Of a stretch of 64,000 nucleotides of DNA, positions 1 to 11,700 are shown in pieces (the stretch's first letter is position 1; each line of letters begins with the position of its first letter). The stretch is taken from positions 20,150,001 through 20,214,000 of the forward strand of contig OZ059900.1 of NCBI GenBank assembly GCA_964057225.1, written 5' to 3'. The position numbers and the translations under genes are program-made. The notes under the pieces are model-generated. The model was not told where the DNA came from, did no database searches, and was given only the letters and a program-made list of their open reading frames with translations. This DNA is from Auanema rhodensis. Its lineage: Eukaryota; Animalia; Nematoda.

Positions 1-342
1 AACAAGGTTTTGACTTACGATTTCATGTGTTCAAACTCATGCAATGTCAATGAAACCTAGCTCAAAATTGTTCGTACAACGTCTAGTTCCACTTTCACGA
101 CAAAAAAACAGGGGTTAGAAAATTAAGGAAATTAGCATATTCTGAGGGCACGCCGTTTATGGCTAATATTGATTAAATCGATTTTTGTTCATATGAGTCG
201 TCAAATGCAACGAATTTCAGCGTGTTACATACTAAAATGAAACATTTTACATGCTGAACACTAGAAAAATACAAAAACACAGTATTTCCCATGAGAAATA
301 TTTTATTATGCTGGAAAACCAGTTTTTGGAAATTTCGCTGTA
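1..342 (+). repeat. Representative 342-bp monomer (phase set arbitrarily at the window start)
   Basis: Positions 1-342 are re-read from 343. About 34% GC with many A/T tracts (e.g. CAAAAAAAC 101-109, GAAAAATACAAAAAC 264-278). Confidence 0.97.
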
Positions 343-3300
343 AACAAGGTTTTGACTTACGATTTCATGTGTTCAAACTCATGCAATGTCAATGAAACCT
401 AGCTCAAAATTGTTCGTACAACGTCTAGTTCCACTTTCACGACAAAAAAACAGGAGGTAGAAAATTAGGGAAATTAGCATATTCTGAGGGCACGCCCCTT
501 ATGGCTAATATTGATTAAATCGATTTTTGTTCATATGAGTCGGCAAATGCAACGAATTTCAGCGTGTTACATACTAAAATGAAGCATTTTACATGCTGAA
601 CACTAGAAAAATACAAAAACACAGTATTTCCCATGAGAAATATTTTATTATGCTGGAAAACCAGTTTTTGGAAATTTCGCTGTAAACAAGGTTTTGACTT
701 ACGATTTCATGTGTTCAAACTCATGCAATGTCAATGAAACCTAGCTCAAAATTGTTCGTACAACGTCTAGTTCCACTTTCACGACAAAAAAACAGGGGTT
801 AGAAAATTAAGGAAATTAGCATATTCTGAGGGCACGCCGTTTATGGCTAATATTGATTAAATCGATTTTTGTTCATATGAGTCGTCAAATGCAACGAATT
901 TCAGCGTGTTACATACTAAAATGAAACATTTTACATGCTGAACACTAGAAAAATACAAAAACATAGTATTTCCCATGAGAAATATTTTATTATGCTGGAA
1001 AACCAGTTTTTGGAAATTTCGCTGTAAACAAGGTTTTGACTTACGATTTCATGTGTTCAAACTCATGCAATGTCAATGAAACCTAGCTCAAAATTGTTCG
1101 TACAACGTCTAGTTCCACTTTCACGACAAAAAAACAGGAGGTAGAAAATTAGGGAAATTAGCATATTCTGAGGGCACGCCCCTTATGGCTAATATTGATT
1201 AAATCGATTTTTGTTCATATGAGTCGGCAAATGCAACGAATTTCAGCGTGTTACATACTAAAATGAAGCATTTTACATGCTGAACACTAGAAAAATACAA
1301 AAACACAGTATTTCCCATGAGAAATATTTTATTATGCTGGAAAACCAGTTTTTGGAAATTTCGCTGTAAACAAGGTTTTGACTTACAATTTCATGTGTTC
1401 AAACTCATGCAATGTCAATGAAACCTAGCTCAAAATTGTTCGTACAACGTCTAGTTCCACTTTCACGACAAAAAAACAGGGGGTAGAAAATTAGGGAAAT
1501 TAGCATATTCTGAGGGCACGCCCCTTATGGCTAATATTGATTAAACCGATTTTTGTTCATATGAGTCGTCAAATGCAACGAATTTCAGCGTGTTACATAC
1601 TAAAATGAAGCATTTTACATGCTGAACACTAGAAAAATACAAAAACACAGTATTTCCCATGAGAAATATTTTATTATGCTGGAAAACCAGTTTTTGGAAA
1701 TTTCGCTGTAAACAAGGTTTTGACTTACGATTTCATGTGTTCAAACTCATGCAATGTCAATGAAACCTAGCTCAAAATTGTTCGTACAACGTCTAGTTCC
1801 ACTTTCACGACAAAAAAACAGGGGTTAGAAAATTAAGGAAATTAGCATATTCTGAGGGCACGCCGTTTATGGCTAATATTGATTAAATCGATTTTTGTTC
1901 ATATGAGTCGTCAAATGCAACGAATTTCAGCGTGTTACATACTAAAATGAAACATTTTACATGCTGAACACTAGAAAAATACAAAAACATAGTATTTCCC
2001 ATGAGAAATATTTTATTATGCTGGAAAACCAGTTTTTGGAAATTTCGCTGTAAACAAGGTTTTGACTTACGATTTCATGTGTTCAAACTCATGCAATGTC
2101 AATGAAACCTAGCTCAAAATTGTTCGTACAACGTCTAGTTCCACTTTCACGACAGAAAAACAGGGGTTAGAAAATTAAGGAAATTAGCATATTCTGAGGG
2201 CACGCCCCTTATGTCTAATATTGATTAAACCGATTTTTGTTCATATGAGTCGTCAAATGCAACGAATTTCAGCGTGTTACATACTAAAATGAAGCATTTT
2301 ACATGCTGAACACTAGAAAAATACAAAAACACAGTATTTCCCATGAGAAATATTTTATTATGCTGGAAAACCAGTTTTTGGAAATTTCGCTGTAAACAAG
2401 GTTTTGACTTACGATTTCATGTGTTCAAACTCATGCAATGTCAATGAAACCTAGCTCAAAATTGTTCGTACAACGTCTAGTTCCACTTTCACGACAAAAA
2501 AACAGGGGGTAGAAAATTAGGGAAATTAGCATATTCTGAGGGCACGCCCCTTATGGCTAATATTGATTAAATCGATTTTTGTTCATATGAGTCGGCAAAT
2601 GCAACGAATTTCAGCGTGTTACATACTAAAATGAAGCATTTTACATGCTGAACACTAGAAAAATACAAAAACACAGTATTTCCCATGAGAAATATTTTAT
2701 TATGCTGGAAAACCAGTTTTTGGAAATTTCGCTGTAAACAAGGTTTTGACTTACGATTTCATGTGTTCAAACTCATGCAATGTCAATGAAACCTAGCTCA
2801 AAATTGTTCGTACAACGTCTAGTTCCACTTTCACGACAAAAAAACAGGAGGTAGAAAATTAGGGAAATTAGCATATTCTGAGGGCACGCCCCTTATGGCT
2901 AATATTGATTAAATCGATTTTTGTTCATATGAGTCGGCAAATGCAACGAATTTCAGCGTGTTACATACTAAAATGAAGCATTTTACATGCTGAACACTAG
3001 AAAAATACAAAAACACAGTATTTCCCATGAGAAATATTTTATTATGCTGGAAAACCAGTTTTTGGAAATTTCGCTGTAAACAAGGTTTTGACTTACGATT
3101 TCATGTGTTCAAACTCATGCAATGTCAATGAAACCTAGCTCAAAATTGTTCGTACAACGTCTAGTTCCACTTTCACGACAAAAAAACAGGAGGTAGAAAA
3201 TTAGGGAAATTAGCATATTCTGAGGGCACGCCCCTTATGGCTAATATTGATTAAATCGATTTTTGTTCATATGAGTCGGCAAATGCAACGAATTTCAGCG

Positions 3301-6300
3301 TGTTACATACTAAAATGAAGCATTTTACATGCTGAACACTAGAAAAATACAAAAACACAGTATTTCCCATGAGAAATATTTTATTATGCTGGAAAACCAG
3401 TTTTTGGAAATTTCGCTGTAAACAAGGTTTTGACTTACGATTTCATGTGTTCAAACTCATGCAATGTCAATGAAACCTAGCTCAAAATTGTTCGTACAAC
3501 GTCTAGTTCCACTTTCACGACAAAAAAACAGGGGGTAGAAAATTAGGGAAATTAGCATATTCTGAGGGCACGCCCCTTATGGCTAATATTGATTAAATCG
3601 ATTTTTGTTCATATGAGTCGGCAAATGCAACGAATTTCAGCGTGTTACATACTAAAATGAAGCATTTTACATGCTGAACACTAGAAAAATACAAAAACAC
3701 AGTATTTCCCATGAGAAATATTTTATTATGCTGGAAAACCAGTTTTTGGAAATTTCGCTGTAAACAAGGTTTTGACTTACGATTTCATGTGTTCAAACTC
3801 ATGCAATGTCAATGAAACCTAGCTCAAAATTGTTCGTACAACGTCTAGTTCCACTTTCACGACAAAAAAACAGGAGGTAGAAAATTAGGGAAATTAGCAT
3901 ATTCTGAGGGCACGCCCCTTATGGCTAATATTGATTAAATCGATTTTTGTTCATATGAGTCGGCAAATGCAACGAATTTCAGCGTGTTACATACTAAAAT
4001 GAAGCATTTTACATGCTGAACACTAGAAAAATACAAAAACACAGTATTTCCCATGAGAAATATTTTATTATGCTGGAAAACCAGTTTTTGGAAATTTCGC
4101 TGTAAACAAGGTTTTGACTTACGATTTCATGTGTTCAAACTCATGCAATGTCAATGAAACCTAGCTCAAAATTGTTCGTACAACGTCTAGTTCCACTTTC
4201 ACGACAAAAAAACAGGGGGTAGAAAATTAGGGAAATTAGCATATTCTGAGGGCACGCCCCTTATGGCTAATATTGATTAAATCGATTTTTGTTCATATGA
4301 GTCGGCAAATGCAACGAATTTCAGCGTGTTACATACTAAAATGAAGCATTTTACATGCTGAACACTAGAAAAATACAAAAACACAGTATTTCCCATGAGA
4401 AATATTTTATTATGCTGGAAAACCAGTTTTTGGAAATTTCGCTGTAAACAAGGTTTTGACTTACGATTTCATGTGTTCAAACTCATGCAATGTCAATGAA
4501 ACCTAGCTCAAAATTGTTCGTACAACGTCTAGTTCCACTTTCACGACAAAAAAACAGGAGGTAGAAAATTAGGGAAATTAGCATATTCTGAGGGCACGCC
4601 CCTTATGGCTAATATTGATTAAATCGATTTTTGTTCATATGAGTCGGCAAATGCAACGAATTTCAGCGTGTTACATACTAAAATGAAGCATTTTACATGC
4701 TGAACACTAGAAAAATACAAAAACACAGTATTTCCCATGAGAAATATTTTATTATGCTGGAAAACCAGTTTTTGGAAATTTCGCTGTAAACAAGGTTTTG
4801 ACTTACGATTTCATGTGTTCAAACTCATGCAATGTCAATGAAACCTAGCTCAAAATTGTTCGTACAACGTCTAGTTCCACTTTCACGACAAAAAAACAGG
4901 AGGTAGAAAATTAGGGAAATTAGCATATTCTGAGGGCACGCCCCTTATGGCTAATATTGATTAAATCGATTTTTGTTCATATGAGTCGGCAAATGCAACG
5001 AATTTTAGCGTGTTACATACTAAAATGAAGCATTTTACATGCTGAACACTAGAAAAATACAAAAACACAGTATTTCCCATGAGAAATATTTTATTATGCT
5101 GGAAAACCAGTTTTTGGAAATTTCGCTGTAAACAAGGTTTTGACTTACGATTTCATGTGTTCAAACTCATGCAATGTCAATGAAACCTAGCTCAAAATTG
5201 TTCGTACAACGTCTAGTTCCACTTTCACGACAAAAAAACAGGGGTTAGAAAATTAAGGAAATTAGCATATTCTGAGGGCACGCCGTTTATGGCTAATATT
5301 GATTAAATCGATTTTTGTTCATATGAGTCGTCAAATGCAACGAATTTCAGCGTGTTACATACTAAAATGAAACATTTTACATGCTGAACACTAGAAAAAT
5401 ACAAAAACATAGTATTTCCCATGAGAAATATTTTATTATGCTGGAAAACCAGTTTTTGGAAATTTCGCTGTAAACAAGGTTTTGACTTACGATTTCATGT
5501 GTTCAAACTCATGCAATGTCAATGAAACCTAGCTCAAAATTGTTCGTACAACGTCTAGTTCCACTTTCACGACAAAAAAACAGGAGGTAGAAAATTAGGG
5601 AAATTAGCATATTCTGAGGGCACGCCCCTTATGGCTAATATTGATTAAATCGATTTTTGTTCATATGAGTCGGCAAATGCAACGAATTTCAGCGTGTTAC
5701 ATACTAAAATGAAGCATTTTACATGCTGAACACTAGAAAAATACAAAAACACAGTATTTCCCATGAGAAATATTTTATTATGCTGGAAAACCAGTTTTTG
5801 GAAATTTCGCTGTAAACAAGGTTTTGACTTACGATTTCATGTGTTCAAACTCATGCAATGTCAATGAAACCTAGCTCAAAATTGTTCGTACAACGTCTAG
5901 TTCCACTTTCACGACAAAAAAACAGGGGGTAGAAAATTAGGGAAATTAGCATATTCTGAGGGCACGCCCCTTATGGCTAATATTGATTAAACCGATTTTT
6001 GTTCATATGAGTCGTCAAATGCAACGAATTTCAGCGTGTTACATACTAAAATGAAGCATTTTACATGCTGAACACTAGAAAAATACAAAAACACAGTATT
6101 TCCCATGAGAAATATTTTATTATGCTGGAAAACCAGTTTTTGGAAATTTCGCTGTAAACAAGGTTTTGACTTACGATTTCATGTGTTCAAACTCATGCAA
6201 TGTCAATGAAACCTAGCTCAAAATTGTTCGTACAACGTCTAGTTCCACTTTCACGACAAAAAAACAGGGGTTAGAAAATTAAGGAAATTAGCATATTCTG

Positions 6301-8550
6301 AGGGCACGCCGTTTATGGCTAATATTGATTAAATCGATTTTTGTTCATATGAGTCGTCAAATGCAACGAATTTCAGCGTGTTACATACTAAAATGAAACA
6401 TTTTACGTGCTGAACACTAGAAAAATACAAAAACATAGTATTTCCCATGAGAAATATTTTATTATGCTGGAAAACCAGTTTTTGGAAATTTCGCTGTAAA
6501 CAAGGTTTTGACTTACGATTTCATGTGTTCAAACTCATGCAATGTCAATGAAACCTAGCTCAAAATTGTTCGTACAACGTCTAGTTCCACTTTCACGACA
6601 GAAAAACAGGGGTTAGAAAATTAAGGAAATTAGCATATTCTGAGGGCACGCCCCTTATGGCTAATATTGATTAAACCGATTTTTGTTCATATGAGTCGTC
6701 AAATGCAACGAATTTCAGCGTGTTACATACTAAAATGAAGCATTTTACATGCTGAACACTAGAAAAATACAAAAACACAGTATTTCCCATGAGAAATATT
6801 TTATTATGCTGGAAAACCAGTTTTTGGAAATTTCGCTGTAAACAAGGTTTTGACTTACGATTTCATGTGTTCAAACTCATGCAATGTCAATGAAACCTAG
6901 CTCAAAATTGTTCGTACAACGTCTAGTTCCACTTTCACGACAAAAAAACAGGGGGTAGAAAATTAGGGAAATTAGCATATTCTGAGGGCACGCCCCTTAT
7001 GGCTAATATTGATTAAATCGATTTTTGTTCATATGAGTCGTCAAATGCAACGAATTTCAGCGTGTTACATACTAAAATGAAGCATTTTACATGCTGAACA
7101 CTAGAAAAATACAAAAACACAGTATTTCCCATGAGAAATATTTTATTATGCTGGAAAACCAGTTTTTGGAAATTTCGCTGTAAACAAGGTTTTGACTTAC
7201 GATTTCATGTGTTCAAACTCATGCAATGTCAATGAAACCTAGCTCAAAATTGTTCGTACAACGTCTAGTTCCACTTTCACGACAAAAAAACAGGGGGTAG
7301 AAAATTAGGGAAATTAGCATATTCTGAGGGCACGCCCCTTATGGCTAATATTGATTAAATCGATTTTTGTTCATATGAGTCGTCAAATGCAACGAATTTC
7401 AGCGTGTTACATACTAAAATAAAGCATTTTACATGCTGAACACTAGAAAAATACAAAAACACAGTATTTCCCATGAGAAATATTTTATTATGCTGGAAAA
7501 CCAGTTTTTGGAAATTTCGCTGTAAACAAGGTTTTGACTTACGATTTCATGTGTTCAAACTCATGCAATGTCAATGAAACCTAGCTCAAAATTGTTCGTA
7601 CAACGTCTAGTTCCACTTTCACGACAAAAAAACAGGGGGTAGAAAATTAGGGAAATTAGCATATTCTGAGGGCACGCCCCTTATGGCTAATATTGATTAA
7701 ATCGATTTTTGTTCATATGAGTCGTCAAATGCAACGAATTTCAGCGTGTTACATACTAAAATGAAGCATTTTACATGCTGAACACTAGAAAAATACAAAA
7801 ACACAGTATTTCCCATGAGAAATATTTTATTATGCTGGAAAACCAGTTTTTGGAAATTTCGCTGTAAACAAGGTTTTGACTTACGATTTCATGTGTTCAA
7901 ACTCATGCAATGTCAATGAAACCTAGCTCAAAATTGTTCGTACAACGTCTAGTTCCACTTTCACGACAAAAAAACAGGGGTTAGAAAATTAAGGAAATTA
8001 GCATATTCTGAGGGCACGCCCCTTATGGCTAATATTGATTAAACCGATTTTTGTTCATATGAGTCGTCAAATGCAACGAATTTCAGCGTGTTACATACTA
8101 AAATGAAGCATTTTACATGCTGAACACTAGAAAAATACAAAAACACAGTATTTCCCATGAGAAATATTTTATTATGCTGGAAAACCAGTTTTTGGAAATT
8201 TCGCTGTAAACAAGGTTTTGACTTACGATTTCATGTGTTCAAACTCATGCAATGTCAATGAAACCTAGCTCAAAATTGTTCGTACAACGTCTAGTTCCAC
8301 TTTCACGACAAAAAAACAGGGGGTAGAAAATTAGGGAAATTAGCATATTCTGAGGGCACGCCCCTTATGGCTAATATTGATTAAATCGATTTTTGTTCAT
8401 ATGAGTCGTCAAATGCAACGAATTTCAGCGTGTTACATACTAAAATGAAGCATTTTACATGCTGAACACTAGAAAAATACAAAAACACAGTATTTCCCAT
8501 GAGAAATATTTTATTATGCTGGAAAACCAGTTTTTGGAAATTTCGCTGTA

Positions 8551-8760
8551 AACAAGGTTTTGACTTACGATTTCATGTGTTCAAACTCATGCAATGTCAA
8601 TGAAACCTATATGAGTCGTCAAATGCAACGAATTTCAGCGTGTTACATACTAAAATGAAGCATTTTACATGCTGAACACTAGAAAAATACAAAAACACAG
8701 TATTTCCCATGAGAAATATTTTATTATGCTGGAAAACCAGTTTTTGGAAATTTCGCTGTA
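8551..8760 (+). repeat. Truncated 210-bp monomer (132-bp deletion of monomer positions 60-191)
   Basis: The sequence reads GAAACCTA|TATGAGTCG at 8602-8618 instead of GAAACCTAGCTC...GTTCATATGAGTCG. The next monomer starts at 8761. Confidence 0.96.
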
Positions 8761-11700
8761 AACAAGGTTTTGACTTACGATTTCATGTGTTCAAACTCAT
8801 GCAATGTCAATGAAACCTAGCTCAAAATTGTTCGTACAACGTCTAGTTCCACTTTCACGACAAAAAAACAGGGGTTAGAAAATTAGGGAAATTAGCATAT
8901 TCTGAGGGCACGCCCCTTATGGCTAATATTGATTAAATCCATTTTTGTTCATATGAGTCGTCAAATGCAACGAATTTCAGCGTGTTACATACTAAAATGA
9001 AACATTTTACAAGCTGAACACTAGAAAAATACAAAACACAGTATTTCCCATGAGAAATATTTTATTATGCTGGAAAACCAGTTTTTGGAAATTTCGCTGT
9101 AAACAAGGTTTTGACTTACGATTTCATGTGTTCAAACTCATGCAATGTCAATGAAACCTAGCTCAAAATTGTTCGTACAACGTCTAGTTCCACTTTCACG
9201 ACAAAAAAACAGGGGTTAGAAAATTAAGGAAATTAGCATATTCTGAGGGCACGCCCCTTATGGCTAATATTGATTAAATCGATTTTTGTTCATATGAGTC
9301 GTCAAAGGCAACGAATTTTAGCGTGTTACATACTAAAATGAAGCATTTTACATGCTGAACACTAGAAAAATACAAAAACACAGTATTTCCCATGAGAAAT
9401 ATTTTATTATGCTGGAAAACCAGTTTTTGGAAATTTCGCTGTAAACAAGGTTTTGATTTACGATTTCATGTGTTCAAACTCATGCAATGTCAATGAAACC
9501 TAGCTCAAAATTGTTCGTACAACGTCTAGTTCCACTTTCACGACAAAAAAACAGGGGTTAGAAAATTAGGGAAATTAGCATATTCTGAGGGCACGCCCCT
9601 TATGGCTAATATTGATTAAATCGATTTTTGTTCATATGAGTCGTCAAATGCAACGAATTTCAGCGTGTTACATACTAAAATGAAACATTTTACATGCTGA
9701 ACACTAGAAAAATACAAAAACACAGTATTTCCCATGAGAAATATTTTATTATGCTGGAAAACCAGTTTTTGGAAATTTCGCTGTAAACAAATTTTGACTT
9801 ACGATTTCATGTGTTCAAACTCATGCAATGTCAATGAAACCTAGCTCAAAATTGTTCGTACAACGTCTAGTTCCACTTTCACGACAAAAAAACAGGGGTT
9901 AGAAAATTAAGGAAATTAGCATATTCTGAGGGCACGCCCCTTATGGCTAATATTGATTAAATCGATTTTTGTTCATATGAGTCGTCAAATGCAACGAATT
10001 TCAGCGTGTTACATACTAAAATGAAGCATTTTACATGCTGAACACTAGAAAAATACAAAAACACAGTATTTCCCATGAGAAATATTTTATTATGCTGGAA
10101 AACCAGTTTTTGGAAATTTCGCTGTAAACAAGGTTTTGACTTACGATTTCATGTGTTCAAACTCATGCAATGTCAATGAAACCTAGCTCAAAATTATTCG
10201 TACAACGTCTAGTTCCACTTTCACGACAAAAAAACAGGGGTTAGAAAATTAAGGAAACTAGCATATTCTGAGGGCACGCCCCTTATGGCTAATATTGATT
10301 AAATCGATTTTTGTTCATATGAGTCGTCAAATGCAACGAATTTCAGCGTGTTACATACTAAAATGAAGCATTTTACATGCTGAACACTAGAAAAATACAA
10401 AAACACAGTATTTCCCATGAGAAATATTTTATTATGCTGGAAAACCAGTTTTTGGAAATTTCGCTGTAAACAAGGTTTTGACTTACGATTTCATGTGTTC
10501 AAACTCATGCAATGTCAATGAAACCTAGCTCAAAATTGTTCGTACAACGTCTAGTTCCACTTTGACGACAGAAAAACAAGGGTTAGAAAATTAGGGAAAT
10601 TAGCATATTCTGAGGGCACGCCCCTTATGGCTAATATTGATTAAATCGATTTTTGTTCATATGAGTCGTCAAATGCAACGAATTTCAGCGTGTTACATAC
10701 TAAAATGAAGCATTTTACATGCTGAACACTAGAAAAATACAAAAACACAGTATTTCCCATGAGAAATATTTTATTATGCTGGAAAACCAGTTTTTGGAAA
10801 TTTCGCTGTAAACAAGGTTTTGACTTACGATTTCATGTGTTCAAACTCATGCAATGTCAATGAAACCTAGCTCAAAATTGTTCGTACAACGTCTAGTTCC
10901 ACTTTCACGACAAAAAAACAGGGGTTAGAAAATTAAGGAAATTAGCATATTCTGAGGGCACGCCCCTTATGGCTAATATTGATTAAATCGATTTTTGTTC
11001 ATATGAGTCGTCAAATGCAACGAATTTCAGCGTGTTACATACTAAAATGAAGCATTTTACATGCTGAACACTAGAAAAATACAAAAACACAGTATTTCCC
11101 ATGAGAAATATTTTATTAAGCTGGAAAACCAGTTTTTGGAAATTTCGCTGTAAACAAGGTTTTGACTTACGATTTCATGTGTTCAAACTCATGCAATGTC
11201 AATGAAACCTAGCTCAAAATTGTTCGTACAACGTCTAGTTCCACTTTCACGACAGAAAAACAGGGGTTAGAAAATTAGGGAAATTAGCATATTCTGAGGG
11301 CACGCCCCTTATGGCTAATATTGATTAAATCGATTTTTGTTCATATGAGTCGTCAAATGCAACGAATTTCAGCGTGTTACATACTAAAATGAAGCATTTT
11401 ACATGCTGAACACTAGAAAAATACAAAAACACAGTATTTCCCATGAGAAATATTTTATTATGCTGGAAAACCAGTTTTTGGAAATTTCGCTGTAAACAAG
11501 GTTTTGACTTACGATTTCATGTGTTCAAACTCATGCAATGTCAATGAAACCTAGCTCAAAATTGTTCGTACAACGTCTAGTTCCACTTTCACGACAAAAA
11601 AACAGGGGGTAGAAAATTAGGGAAATTAGCATATTCTGAGGGCACGCCCCTTATGGCTAATATTGATTAAATCGATTTTTGTTCATATGAGTCGTCAAAT

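Noticed and set aside
70-86. CENP-B box-like motif (TTCGTACAACG)
   Set aside because: It matches TTCG....A but lacks the CGGG half, so only about 5 of 9 essential bases match.
1-342. 5S rDNA, tRNA, snRNA or spliced-leader tandem gene unit
   Set aside because: I recognise no 5S, tRNA cloverleaf or snRNA sequence, and there is no gene/spacer contrast. An Rfam/Infernal search would be the formal test.
1-342. Assignment to a named satellite family such as primate alpha satellite (2 x 171 bp)
   Set aside because: Only the length coincides; I do not recognise the sequence as alpha satellite or another family. A BLAST/Dfam/Repbase search is needed.
453-470. Telomere-like TTAGGG / G-quadruplex in AGGG variants
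   Set aside because: There is a single non-tandem hexamer per monomer, and the G-runs are too few and too far apart for a canonical G4.
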